This document shows positions 22,020 through 33,295 of a stretch of 64,000 nucleotides of DNA, piece by piece. Made by a program: the position numbers and the translations under genes. The notes under the pieces are model-generated. The model searched no databases. It saw only the letters and a program-made list of their open reading frames with translations, and had not been told where the DNA came from. Each line of letters starts with the position of its first letter. The first letter of the stretch is position 1. Origin of the DNA: Perkinsela sp. CCAP 1560/9 (taxonomy: Eukaryota > Protista > Euglenozoa: Kinetoplastea); NCBI GenBank assembly GCA_965644495.1, contig CBFFSA010000001.1, positions 682,001 through 746,000 on the forward strand, written 5' to 3'.

Positions 22020-23909
22020 CTACAACTTTTTCCTCGCGATACGATGTAATGCAAGAAATGCCAGTACACGCAACAGCACGAAAATCCCTGCCATTGACAA
22101 ATACAGTACCCAATACTCGTTGACTCGGGTATCAAATCCGTATGAGCGAATCACATCCGACCCTTTGTGAAACATACGCTCGCAGAGGCTTCCGTACTTC
22201 TCGATGTCACAGTCAATGTGATGCAGACTAGTAAATTCCAGACGCGACATTGCGACAAAGGCATATCGCACAATACTAATCTTTTCTAGCCATAACCAGT
22301 AAGGGTCTAATCGTCCCGAACTCGCGAGTAGTCCCCCACTGAGTAGCATGGGTACAATTACAACAGGAACTACCGCAGAGGCGACATGGAAATTCGGGCA
22401 GCACGTACTCACTAACATGCCAAGACTTGTGCCACAGAGGTAGGAGAGTACCATCGTACCACAGAGGGCAAAATATACCGTGGCTGTGGGACTGAGACCT
22501 GTGATAAGGTACACTATGGTGAACATGAGAACGGCAAGACCAATGTGGAAAGGGGTCTCAGCGATTCCTTTTCCCAGGAAGTACCACAACGGGGAGTACG
22601 CTCCTGCGTGTTGTTCACGAAGAAAAACAGCTTTTTCTTTGGAGATGGTATTCACAACACCCATTGCTCCGGAGAACATCGTGAATGTAGTCAACATGAA
22701 GAGCAATCCCATGCGATCTTGTACCGAAGTCTGATCGGTTCCCAACTTCATAAAGACCAGACCAATGATCAAACCGAATCCCATGGCTTGTACCATTTGC
22801 GCCGTCATAAAAAACCGGTCGCGTAGGAGATTGCGGTATGAACGTGTAGTGAGCTCGTACAGTTGTGTCATTGCGGTTGAAGTCTTGCTGCATTTCTCTA
22901 CTAGCGTGGAACTAGGTGTATCGATAGCGGTTGCGGCAGAGAAAGTAGCTGTACATTTGTTTTTTTGAGGTTTTTGCGTCTTCACGTTTTCATCAACTCT
23001 TGTTGTGGATCCAGCGGATAAGTCGCTTTTCTTTCGATTCTGCCAGTCTATTATCAGTTTTTCGCCTATGCTCTCATCTTGCATGAGTACCATAAAATAA
23101 TCTGTTGGAGTATGATGATCCGGACATACAAATCCCAATGCTGCGAAATACTGTATTGCGTGACGACATGGCCCATCATATATTACTTGTCCCTTCACGA
23201 GCAGAAGCAGGTCGTCAAATGTAGCAACAACATCAGCCGACGGTTGATGAATCGTGCACACAACGGTGTGTCCGCTGCGTGCCAGATCATGTAAAAGTTG
23301 CATAACTGTTTCAGCTGTTACAGAGTCAAGCCCGCTGGTTGGTTCATCAAGCAATAAAATCTTGGGGTTCGTGATGAGTTCCACAGCGATGTTGGTGCGC
23401 TTACGTTCCCCTCCCGAGAGTCCTCGAACCAATCCTGGGGTCCCAATAACGGTGTTCTTACAGTCTGAAAGCAAGAGTTGCTTTAATACCTCCTCCGTAC
23501 GCGCTTTGGCACGCTCGGGTGACATTCCTGCTCGAACGCGAGCCGAGAAATACAACTCTTCGAATGGAGTTGCAGTTTCGAACAGGATATCGTCTTGAGT
23601 TACGAAGGCAGCTAGGGAGCGATGTTTCGAAGTCCAGGGCTCTTGATCTAACGAAATGTTACCAGACAGTACGTGATTTTGATCTGTACGTAACCGATCA
23701 CTCAAAACATTCAAGAGGGTAGACTTCCCCGCCCCACTAGCGCCCATTACGGCGAGCAATCGAAAAGGTCGAGCTGTACCGCTCACATTTATTAATATAT
23801 TGCAAGGTGCTGTCTTCTTGTTTACTCTAACCGAGTAGTTCAAATGTTCCCAGGACAACACGACGCTTCCGGATTGCTTTGTCTCGTCTGGAGTATTAAA
23901 TTCGGTCAT
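22020..23909 (-). CDS. ABCG (White-like) half transporter
   Basis: GASGAGKST, LSGGERKR, LLLDEPTSGLD, TIHQPS, C-terminal 6-TM domain; likely start MTEF at 23909 (upstream in-frame ATG at 24029). Confidence 0.95.
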   Translation of the reverse strand: MTEFNTPDETKQSGSVVLSWEHLNYSVRVNKKTAPCNILINVSGTARPFRLLAVMGASGAGKSTLLNVLSDRLRTDQNHVLSGNISLDQEPWTSKHRSLAAFVTQDDILFETATPFEELYFSARVRAGMSPERAKARTEEVLKQLLLSDCKNTVIGTPGLVRGLSGGERKRTNIAVELITNPKILLLDEPTSGLDSVTAETVMQLLHDLARSGHTVVCTIHQPSADVVATFDDLLLLVKGQVIYDGPCRHAIQYFAALGFVCPDHHTPTDYFMVLMQDESIGEKLIIDWQNRKKSDLSAGSTTRVDENVKTQKPQKNKCTATFSAATAIDTPSSTLVEKCSKTSTAMTQLYELTTRSYRNLLRDRFFMTAQMVQAMGFGLIIGLVFMKLGTDQTSVQDRMGLLFMLTTFTMFSGAMGVVNTISKEKAVFLREQHAGAYSPLWYFLGKGIAETPFHIGLAVLMFTIVYLITGLSPTATVYFALCGTMVLSYLCGTSLGMLVSTCCPNFHVASAVVPVVIVPMLLSGGLLASSGRLDPYWLWLEKISIVRYAFVAMSRLEFTSLHHIDCDIEKYGSLCERMFHKGSDVIRSYGFDTRVNEYWVLYLSMAGIFVLLRVLAFLALHRIARKKL

Positions 23910-24112
23910 GAGGTATACCTCTAGATAAGTAGTTTCCAGTGAAAACCGAATGTACAAAGTAAAGAATGCTGTGACTAAAATATATTTTTTTTCATAAAAA
24001 GAGTGTAACAAATCTTTTTTACAATGCATCTCAACAATCTACAGGCTACGCGTTGTGATCACTAAACGTATCAGCTCAGATAGATACAAGTATAAAGATA
24101 AATACAGGTATA

Positions 24113-25722
24113 AACCTAGGGACATGATAAGTCACCCCCCTCTAAAATTTGTGTAAAGTCTTCGTTTGGGCTAATTTTTGTTGCATTTTGCAGATCTCGA
24201 TGACGCTTGTTTGCGCATATCATATAGCGAATAAAACTGGGAACCAATAAAATATGAATTTAGTATTACCATTTTTTCACTTTTTCGCCACCATTTTTTT
24301 TGCAAACTTCCAGCTTTTAGTCGAAACTTAAAACAGTGCGGTCAAGCTCAGATTCACCAATATTCGCAAAAGCTTTCTTTACGCACTTAATTAGAGAAAT
24401 AGTACAAGACGGATTCATTTCATTTACACTTTGTTGAATCATTTCCCACACGTTCTCAATAGGATTAAGGTCGGGAGAATTAGCCGGCCAGTTTGTTATG
24501 TATTCAATTTTTGAAGTAAGAAGTTAGTTTTTCGTATTTTTGGCCTTATGTGCACCCGCCCCATCTTGCTGAAAAATAAATTTACGAGGAAAGGGAACCT
24601 TACGCAGCGTTTCTACATAAGTTTCACTTGTGATTGCACTGTTGGATGGTAGAACCACAAGGTAACGCCATCCAACTCCAATGGCACCGCACACATGACA
24701 TTTGGGCGCCCAACGCATTCTCTGCCTGGGAACGGCCTTTTCTCCTGGGGCAACCCACATCTTTTGTCGTTTATCATTCGTATCAAAAATCTTCTCATTA
24801 GAAAAAATTATTATCTTTGAATCACCACTCCAAGTGGAAGCAAAATCAACTCTTCTTTCCTTTTGGCGAGTACTTAAAGCCATAGTAATAGGTCGTGGGG
24901 AATACGTGTACTTCATAGCTACTAAGCCACGCCTTACGGTCTTTTTGCTAACGAAAATACCTTTTCTTTTCAATTTACCTGCTATCTTTCTAGCGCTGCT
25001 GTGTATGGGCACTCCAGCAATATCTTTAGGAGAAATACTACTGCCCCCCCCCCTACTACTATCCGCCTTCTGCCTTTTTACCCTGCGCCGACGACTTCTT
25101 CGCATGGGAATCTGCAAGGATCTGCTTCGAAACTACGAAGTTGTCTTCAACACTGCGGAATTGTGGCGCTGTTAGGGCTCGATGAAAATGAAATTTCTGA
25201 AAATCTCTTATAGAATGCTTACACTTTCGAAAACGAATGGAGCCATTTTTTCTAAAAAAACAAACATTTTTTCTTTTTCGAACGGTTTTTGAAAAGCTGA
25301 ATTTTCCGAAAATCGTTCGTTAAGGGTTAAACGAACTGAGTGTCCGTTCGTTGAGTCTTCAACGAACTGAGTGCCCGTTCGTTGAACATTCAAAGAACGT
25401 GCCCTGAACCCCAATTTTGATAGAAACATTGAAATCCCGTGCTAGTCGCTTCTTTGGAATACCCTCTTGAAAGCGCATATGCAACAAGACTTTTCCCATC
25501 TGCGTTAACCCCCCTTTTGGGAGACGGTACTTGGATTTCACCATGCAAAAAAAAATCGTGTCGGATTTAAAAAAAAAAAAGTTTTGTTCTAATACTTTGA
25601 AAGTGGCTAAAAACAGCGGGAACGTGTAGATCTCGAAATTGTGAACGACAAAGTGGTGTCATAAACCCCTTAGGCCCCTTCATGCAAAAAGTAAGGGGGT
25701 GACTTATTCGTGTCCCTAGGTT
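24113..25722 (-). mobile_element. Tc1-like transposon family A, copy 1 (DD35E), ~28-bp TIRs
   Basis: TA|AACCTAGGGACATGATAAGTCACCCCC vs GGGGGTGACTTATTCGTGTCCCTAGGTT|CA. Confidence 0.85.
24266..25544 (-). pseudogene. Tc1-like transposase with stops and insertion
   Basis: HTH (KKRLARDFNVS), FSNEKIF (first D mutated to N), FQQDGAGAH, in-frame TAA at 24524, WPANSPDLNPIENVW, ends GEKVKKW. Confidence 0.85.
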
Positions 25723-25994
25723 CAAAGATAATTGGACACCCTAAGGGTGGTGCAAGGATCGTTTGCACAGCGGTCTGTACTACCACGAAGTGACGGAAGC
25801 ACCCGACGGGCCCTCTACACGGGGCGGGGGGCACGAAAACTGTTACACCTGGCATATTAGGTTCATGCGGCCATTTTAGGATTCGCAAAAACATTAAAAT
25901 CCTTGTTTTCGGTGTCCAAAGAATCACCCTAGGCCGTTTACTTTTGTATTCAGAACACGATGTTAACACTGAGATCTGCAAACTGTAACCATAA

Positions 25995-27496
25995 TTCTTT
26001 CTTAGACGCTTCGTTAAACGCGGTGGTTGTTTTCAACTTACAAGCCACTCATGCTGCGCGTTTCGCGTTGAAAACTACCTCTACGTTTTACGAAGCGTCT
26101 AAAAAAGAAAGCTCACCAAAAGATCATGAATAATCTATTTTCTTTTTTTCGTGAAAAAGCCCGTTTTTTAGGGGAGAATTGCGAAATTTTCTCCCCAAAT
26201 TTGGGCCGTTTTTGATACCTTACCAGTAGTGGTAGGAAGCGAATCTGTTAAAAACACGTCGTAGAACGGTAGCTGAGGTCCCAAACACTTAAATCGATTT
26301 TGGAAAAATAATATTTTTACTTTGGTCAAAAATTCGTTTTTTTTGGTCACCCCGAAATTTTCGGAAATTTTCGAACTTGTCGGACCCCTCCGGCGCGTAC
26401 CAGGGGGGTCACCCCCGAATGTAGGGGGGCGGGGGTGAAAAATCATCACAGCGGCATACTCTACCACTTCCCTGCGCTGGATTTTGAAAAGCAAACAAAT
26501 CTAAAAAAAATCGTGATGTATGCCCCCCCCTGGACCCCCCATTTTTTCGATATTTTTGACAGTTTTGGACTACCGGGGGCCCCTTTAATTTTTTATTCTT
26601 CGATTATACACTGTATTACTGTGTTCCTCATTATACACCCCTTAAAGGATAGCAGTCCCCCGCCTTAATTTTCGTACAGGTGGAGTTGAGAGCTCATCTT
26701 TTTTTTAAGAATGTGCAAAATAAAAAAAATAGAGCGTTTCCCACTATTTTTAGCTCAGTTTAGTTCACATAAAACCAAACGCCGGGCTTAGGTCAAAAAT
26801 AAATTATATGGATTTTTGACAATTTTTTTCTCCAAAAATTGACAATTTTTTCGTGAAAGAAAATCTAAAGTGCGCCGAAACCGTCAATTTAGTGGCCTGC
26901 GTGATCCCCTATATTCTCTATTACCAGATGCATAAGCTTCAAATAATTCTTACAGATGTTTTCTACAGAATCTACAGAATGTTTTCTACAGAATCTGTAT
27001 ATTTTCGTAACTTTTCACTTATTTTCACAGTTTTTTTGTCAATTTCTAAAATTTTTGCCACTTTGCTTATGGAAAGTAAATTACTGCACTCCACAACAAT
27101 TTTTACGCGCATATCATAAGTAATAGGTCCATGGTGAAGGTTCCGGGGTCGAGAGAAATGTTTTGTCGTGGGTTAAAAAGATGAATATCGGGCATAAACT
27201 ATTTTTTAGGAAAAAATATGGTGTTTCGTCAAAATGACGATTTTTGACCAGTATTTTTAATCTCATTTTTTTTTATCTTGAGTTTTTTTACCCTGATTCC
27301 TTCGGCAAACATACGACAAATTTCGAGATCTATCGAATGCCGGAGGAATTAGGTCAAAACCTCGTACGACGCAAAAATGAGGGGGGGGGGGGGCTGCTAT
27401 CCTTTAAGGGGTGTATATTGTATTATATTTTCACTGTTTTTGTTCAATTGTTTCAATAATTGAGGGTAGAGCGGTAGTTATACAACCACCGCAATT
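25995..27496 (+). repeat. Hairpin-ended non-coding repeat family D, copy 1
   Basis: Shares blocks with 33946-34803, 35788-35963, 40630-41097 (inverted) and ~1135-1200 (inverted); subterminal inverted motif GCGGTGGTTGT/ACAACCACCGC. Confidence 0.7.
26636..27413. mobile_element. TA-flanked MITE (20-bp perfect TIR CACCCCTTAAAGGATAGCAG)
   Basis: Perfect TIRs with TA on both sides; paralogous empty sites at ~34715 and ~35890. Confidence 0.9.
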
Positions 27497-27746
27497 AGCC
27501 TAAACGTCCAGACGAACCAAAAATGACAGGTATAACAATTTTCTTGCCCCCCCCCGTGTTCCTTCCACAGTAATTTTATTGTGTCGTTCTCAAACAATCG
27601 CAGATTGCTTCATCTACTCGCACTCCTTTTGGAACAAACATTGGTGTCATGGAGTCGAAACTGTTTTCACGAAAATCGTATAAAAATATTTTGCCGGGCA
27701 ACAGGCCAAGATCAAGAATCCCAGTAAATTGATTCCCACGAAGTGT

Positions 27747-28292
27747 TTTATCATGCACTTATAGTGCAGAGATTAGCTCACCATGTCCTTATCCCGCATA
27801 AGACGGGTGGATCATGTGAGGTTTCGTCCTCGCCGGAGGTGTGCGGGTGCGGAGAGCTGGCGTCCCAGGTGCAGAGAGCCGGATGCGTAATCCCCATATT
27901 ACAGTTTCGGGGGCAATCCGGGTGCAGAGAGCTGCGACAGAGCCGAGGTGCGGAGAGCTGGGCGACCGCCAGGTGCAGAGAACCGAGTCTCGTCGGCGGA
28001 GGACACGTCTAGTGGTCCTCAAGGGAGGCCACCGTGACGCATGGCCCTCTCGGAGAGGAAAAAGACAAGTCGAAAAAAGCCGAGAGGGGGAAGCACACTC
28101 ACTCCAGGGGAGTGAGTCGGGGAGGGGTGAAGTGGTGAAAGCGCGTCCCCTGCTTCAGCGACAAGAGGGACAGTTCCGACCTTAGTGCCGGCCGGCAACG
28201 GGCATGAAAATACAGTAAGAGTATGCCCGTTGCCGGGGAAAGAAAGGATGAACTAAGGAAAAAGTACCAACAAGGTACAGAAACTGTATCTT
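27747..28292 (-). mobile_element. SL-headed, structured, GC-rich non-coding insertion (retroposon-like)
   Basis: Interrupts the LRR frame; several perfect hairpins; five GGTGCRGAGA(G/A)C repeats at 27846-27983; short A-run at the 3' end. Confidence 0.55.
28264..28290 (-). ncRNA. Spliced-leader (SL/mini-exon)-like sequence: 3' part of exon plus GTAC donor
   Basis: Minus strand GATACAGTTTCTGTACCTTGTTG|GTAC vs trypanosomatid SL GATACAGTTTCTGTACTATATTG|GTAC. Confidence 0.7.
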
Positions 28293-29425
28293 TAGAAGTG
28301 AAAGTCCTTCGGGTAATTTTTGAAGATCTACGCATCCAGAAAAGTTATTTAAATCTAGCCGCAGTATTTCAAGACTCTTTGGAAGACTATCCAGAGATAT
28401 ATTGCCACTAAGAAAATTACGTGACACGTTTAGCATGGTTAACGTTTGAGGTAAAGAAAAGAGTCGCAAAGACTCAGTAAATCGATTATTAAAGACAAAG
28501 ACTTTTTGAAGGTTTGGAGGAAGAAATTCAAACAACAAGGCTCCTTTAAATTGATTTTCCGATAAACGCAGTTCTGTTAGATCACAAGGGAGAGAACTGA
28601 GCACTACGCTTCCAGAAAAATCGTTACATGTGATATCTAAAGAGCGAAGAAACGGGGGTAAAGCACCCAAGTCAGCTTCCCCAGAAAAGTGATTGCCCTG
28701 AACAAAAAACTCAAGAAGTGCGTGTGAGACTGAAGCAAACGGGATGTTTCCTGAAAAGCAGTTGACTCGCACTTCAGATTGAAGTTTTAGGTGCTGAACC
28801 GTTTGAGGCATGGAAGACCACTTCAGTTCGCCGCCAAATCCAAGGCCGATCAAACTAATTTGGGTTATCACGCGCTGGGAATTGCACGTTATGCCTTTCC
28901 ACGTGCATCCTTCGTATGATGGATTCCACGAGGTATGCTTTGGTGTTACGTTGGTGAAAAAAGAGTACAGGCTGAATTCCAAGGGATGAAGTCCGGTGAT
29001 CTTACCTATCCTTGAGGGACGAAGATCCGACATTAAAAATTGAAACATCCAAAGTTTGATGCTGAAATTTAAGGTAAAACAACTACTACTCCTCTCAGTA
29101 ATTTTGTAAATGATTCTTTTGAGAAATTTATTTCCCCCCCCCCTTAAGCGCACCCGCTCACCCCCCCCCCCCGTTTAAGCGCACCTTCCACGGAAAACGA
29201 GGACCGCCCAAAAAAAGTTTCAGCTTTTTTCCGGTGTGAAATAAAACTTGGGAAAATACGCATGTATCGTTTGATTTGCGAGTAGCATTCTCACTGACCT
29301 AGAACTTTCGATAAATTGTCACAGAAAGTACGAGGAAATTTTCTTTGAGTTCGGTTGATTTTCCAACCACAGAGAAAGATGCCACCATGTCCGCCGCTCA
29401 GAAATACTATTTCTGAGATGATGTA

Positions 29426-30178
29426 CACTAGCAATCAGCTATTAGTCCCCCTTCGAAATTTGAAAAACTGGTATGTTTTTTATCATCTTTTTTTTGAACG
29501 TGTAGAGAATTTTACATAGGTGCGTTTCCCGCTGTTTAAAATGGTTTTTCTCGACTCATTAGGATCGAATTATTTTTTGAAAAAAAGGAGCCGAACAAAT
29601 GATTTTTTTAAAAAAATGTTCCATTTTTTGATATATTTGCCGGGTAAAACCCCATAAATACAATCACTGCAGGAAAAGAAGATAACGCAAAGACAAGCTT
29701 AATATCCAATATGTCACCCCCCGTTCTCCAACACCTTGTTCATACTTTTTAAATACTCTGAACACATTTATTTTTCCATCGTACATTTTTACCCATTTTT
29801 GTACCGTTTTTTTATTAATTTTATATGTTTTAGAGATGGAAGTGGTGGAAGCACCGCATTTTCGTTCAATAACAAACGAAATGCGCATTGCCAGCGTCGT
29901 ACGCTCCGAGTTGAGGTAACTCGCTCTGTGGTTCCTCACCATGGGTATAAAAAGAGTAGTGTCAATGACAAAAAAAGGGAAAATTTGACTGTACATTGGA
30001 AAATGTCATTTTTGAACAGTATTTTGAGTGCCAAAAGCGTATATTAAGTTCTTACAAAAAAAGAAGACCGGCAAAGATAGGCTAGGGATCGAGATCTCTC
30101 GTTTGCCGCAGGAATTAGGTCAAACGGACGAGCGACCGAAAAATAAAGGGGGGGGGGACTTATAGCTGAACGACAGTG
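29426..30178 (-). mobile_element. Internally deleted Tc1-like element (family C)
   Basis: TA|CACT..TCAGCTATTAGTCCCCC vs GGGGGACTTATAGCTGA..AGTG|TA; HTH remnant from ATG 29942 (STTSISKTYKINKKTVQKWVK). Confidence 0.7.
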
Positions 30179-30182
30179 TATA

Positions 30183-31005
30183 CTTACCCTCGGCTACAAG
30201 TATGCGTCAAGGCCTTTGGCTCAAGGACTGACGGAGGTTCAGAAAAAGAAAAGGGTGTTGTTTGCTATACATTGGGAAAAATTAAAGTGGGACACCTCTC
30301 GTTTAGTTTTTACAGATGAGAAACTGTTTGATACAAATGACCATCGAGAAAAAATGTGGGTAGCTCCTGGGAAAACGCCTGCAAAGCGGCAAAGAGTGCG
30401 TTGGGCACCCAAATGTCATGTATGGGGTGTCGTGGGAGTAGGTTATAGACACCTTGTTATTCTCCAATCGAACTCTATTACATGCGATTCGTACATCAAT
30501 ACATTAAAAAAAAGTACAATTCCCTCAAAACTGTATTTTTCAGCAAGATGGAGCAACACCACACACTGCCAAGGTAACAAAAGCGTATCTTCAGGAAACC
30601 AAAATGCAATTGTTAAATAATTGGCCACCCAACTCCCCCGATCTCTCCCCAATAGAAAACGTTTGGAGCACGGTTCAAAATCTTGTAGATGAATATAATC
30701 CTTCAACTAAGGAAAAGCTAATAAAAACTGTACGTAAAGCTTGGCTTAAATTACCCCAAAATTATATCGATGATTCGGTTCTGAGCTTCGATGCTCGCCT
30801 AAAGTCTTGTGTTGCGAACAAAGGAGAAAAGGTGAAAAAATGGTAATTATTGTTTCAACTATACGCATTGGTCTTTTTTGTTTCGTTTCTTCACGCGCAA
30901 AGTCTTTGTGTTGAGATCTGCAAAATACAACAAAAATCAGCTCAAAAGGACATTTTACTGAAAAAGTACTAAGGGGGGGGGGCGCCTTATTGGTGTCTAG
31001 AGTTT
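30183..31005 (+). mobile_element. Tc1-like family A, copy 2 (5'-truncated, frameshifted transposase plus right TIR)
   Basis: LVFTDEKLFDTND, RWAPKCHVWG, frameshift in the A-run near 30510, QQDGATPH..WPPNSPDLSPIENVW..GEKVKKW; homologous to 24266-24900. Confidence 0.85.
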
Positions 31006-31262
31006 ATAAAAACTATATTTTGTTACTATTTTTCTTAGTAAGTTTTGCTTACAGTATTGCTTGAAATGCCGACTCGACGCAATTAATTTTTAGCACTCCC
31101 GTTTTCTTGAAAGATTTCTCTCTATTTTTCTCATCATTATGCCCAACAAGCGTCGTGGTTTCACACTTCGTTGAAGTCGATGGGGAAGTCAGCCTACTTT
31201 AATTTCAGATGTGTTCCAGCCCAGACTCCTTATCTTCTTAGGTCGCCTTTCCTGCCGAAGTA

Positions 31263-32447
31263 CAGTGGTTTCAGTTGATATTGCCCCCCCTCGGAATTTT
31301 GATTTTTTTATCAATTTTTGCTCACCTTTGCAGCATTGGAGAGATCTCGTTCCCCTAGCGAAGAGCTTTGCCGCCTTTTTTTCATAGAGACCCCCTGGTG
31401 CCCCCTGGGTGACCCAAAAGTTGACCAAAATAAAAAAAATGACATTTTTTTACCTTATCAAAAATGGAACAAAAAACGGATTTTATGTCCAAAAGTTAAC
31501 TCTGAAGGAAAAGAACTAGTATCCGGAATGGCCTCCATTGTTTTGCAACACTTTTTGAAGTCTATTAGGGACTGAATCAATTGTGTTGTACACTTTACGT
31601 TTTTCTTGAGGATGTTTTAGAATCTGAAAAGCTTTTTTAATGGCATCGGCGAGGGTAGCATGATTGTGGGGCTTAATTTTTTTCTTTATGATACCGTTCA
31701 TTTGTTTCCAAACATTTTCTATTGGATTTAAATCAGGCGAATTCGCTGGCCAAGACAATTGTTAAATACGATATTTCGTATTCATCGTACGTTTCGTTTT
31801 CATCATCCACAATTTTTTTTACAAGGTCCTTAAACCGCCTTGATGATTTTTTTCCTGGGGATTTTTGGAGTGTAAGATCTTCTCTTTCCTTCCACAGGTT
31901 AACAATTCTTCTTATGGTGCGACGGTCACGTCCGAAATTATTAGATAATTTATGTATGCTTAATCCCTTTTTGTGTTGCTTTATTATTTCTTTTCTCTCG
32001 CAAAGAGGTAATGCCACGGTTCCTTTGTGGGATATTGGGGGATTGTCTTCTCTTTTGTCATTTCATCCTTGTACGTACTCCCCCTGTTTGGGGTTCGAGG
32101 GTGTGGTCTGCATAATGTAGAGGTGTTGACTATATTAAATTAGGCGATAGGGATGGTACTAGACATAGAGCTTTCAAATGCTCAATTTAGAACACTATTA
32201 CTCGTACTTACATGTTCAAAATGTACAAAAAATCGGGAAAATGTGACAAAAAATGGTTGTGTACACAGAAAACGTCCAAAAAAAACAGAGTTTTTCGGAC
32301 CCAGGGGGCACCAGGGGGTCTCTATGAAAAAAAGGCGGCAAAGCTCTTTGCTAGGGGAACGAGATCTCTCCAACGCTGCAAAGATGAGCAAAAATGGATA
32401 AAAAAAATCAAAATTCCGAGGGGGGGCAAGATCAACTGAAACCACTA
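31263..32447 (-). mobile_element. Tc1-like family B with ~150-bp TIRs and internally deleted transposase
   Basis: TA|CAGTGGTTTCAGTTGAT.. 31263-31410 vs 32299-32447; HTH (31770-32017) fused directly to WPANSPDLNPIENVW..GGHSGY (31516-31758). Confidence 0.9.
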
Positions 32448-33295
32448 TATAATGTGTAAATGTGAAATAGCGGGTAAGTGATTCTTCAAATTTCTTCAAA
32501 AGATTATGAATTTTGCAGATATTGAATCTTGCAGGCTCTGCGATGTGTTTTTGTGTTTTATCTTGCCATTGATTACGCCACGTCTAGGATCCAACGAGTG
32601 ATCTAACGGGAACTGGTTGAAGGACAACTCTAACGCGGTTTGCACGGTACAAGGAAAGAGCATTATGGGAAGAACTTGTTGTGAGCTATAGCTTCCCGTC
32701 TTTTTCCATTTCTGCACAAAAACTACAACTCTTTTCCCTTTTTTCTACGCGTCAGCGTATGCACACCACTTGCTCCACCTGACATCACGTGACCCCTCTA
32801 AGCCTGTACACCTTCATCGGCTCTCTCCTGCCCCGCGAAATTCCTCCAGGTCCATCGACGATCTGTCTGCCGCGCGCCTTTCTGGACATGAAACACTGAT
32901 AAACACCATATAGATTTCATAGTATAGTGTTTATAGTACTATAAACGAGGTTTATAGTACTATAAATTTTCTTGAAACACTGTAAACTATCTATAAATAG
33001 TTTTAGGGACCTCTGCAAAAAAAACAAGAAAAGAAATCAACGAAAAATCAAGAACCTTTTCCTGAATCTGTTTGGGCCATATTATTTTTACAGATTTTCT
33101 TTGTTTTCAACTTACATTTATAGTGCCGGTGAACCAAAAAAAATTGGCGCCGCTTTGCGGCGCCGGACTCTTCCCTTCAACTTTATGTGCGCTTAAACGG
33201 GGGGGTCTGACTGGGTGCACTTAAGGGGAGGGGGGACAGTATTTTTTGCATCCTATTTAATACATCCTTTCGAAATATGGAAAGGAGTGGTAATA

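Larger units (their letters stand above)
27576..29048 (-). pseudogene. LRR protein (LRRNT plus plant-type LRRs) split by a 546-bp insertion
   Basis: CTWKGITC cap, repeats LPxxLxxLxLxxNxFxG; removing 27747-28292 restores LPEGLSLL-TLRGNQFTGILDLGLLP in frame; ATG at 29048. Confidence 0.85.
29131..33239. mobile_element. Outer TIR element carrying nested insertions
   Basis: ~55-bp imperfect IRs: CCCCTTAAGCGCACCC..CCCCCCGTTTAAGCGCAC (29134-29183) vs GTGCGCTTAAACGGGGGG..GGGTGCACTTAAGGGG..ACAG|TA (33187-33241). Confidence 0.6.

Noticed and set aside
27846-27983. GGTGCRGAGAGC repeats with variable spacers as a CRISPR array
   Set aside because: Repeats are only 12 bp, spacers are irregular, there are no cas genes and the context is eukaryotic
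27815-28025. Hammerhead ribozyme (GGACGAAAC with a GTCC stem on the minus strand)
   Set aside because: The core reads CTAGACGT rather than CUGANGA, and there is no stem I or NUH site in register
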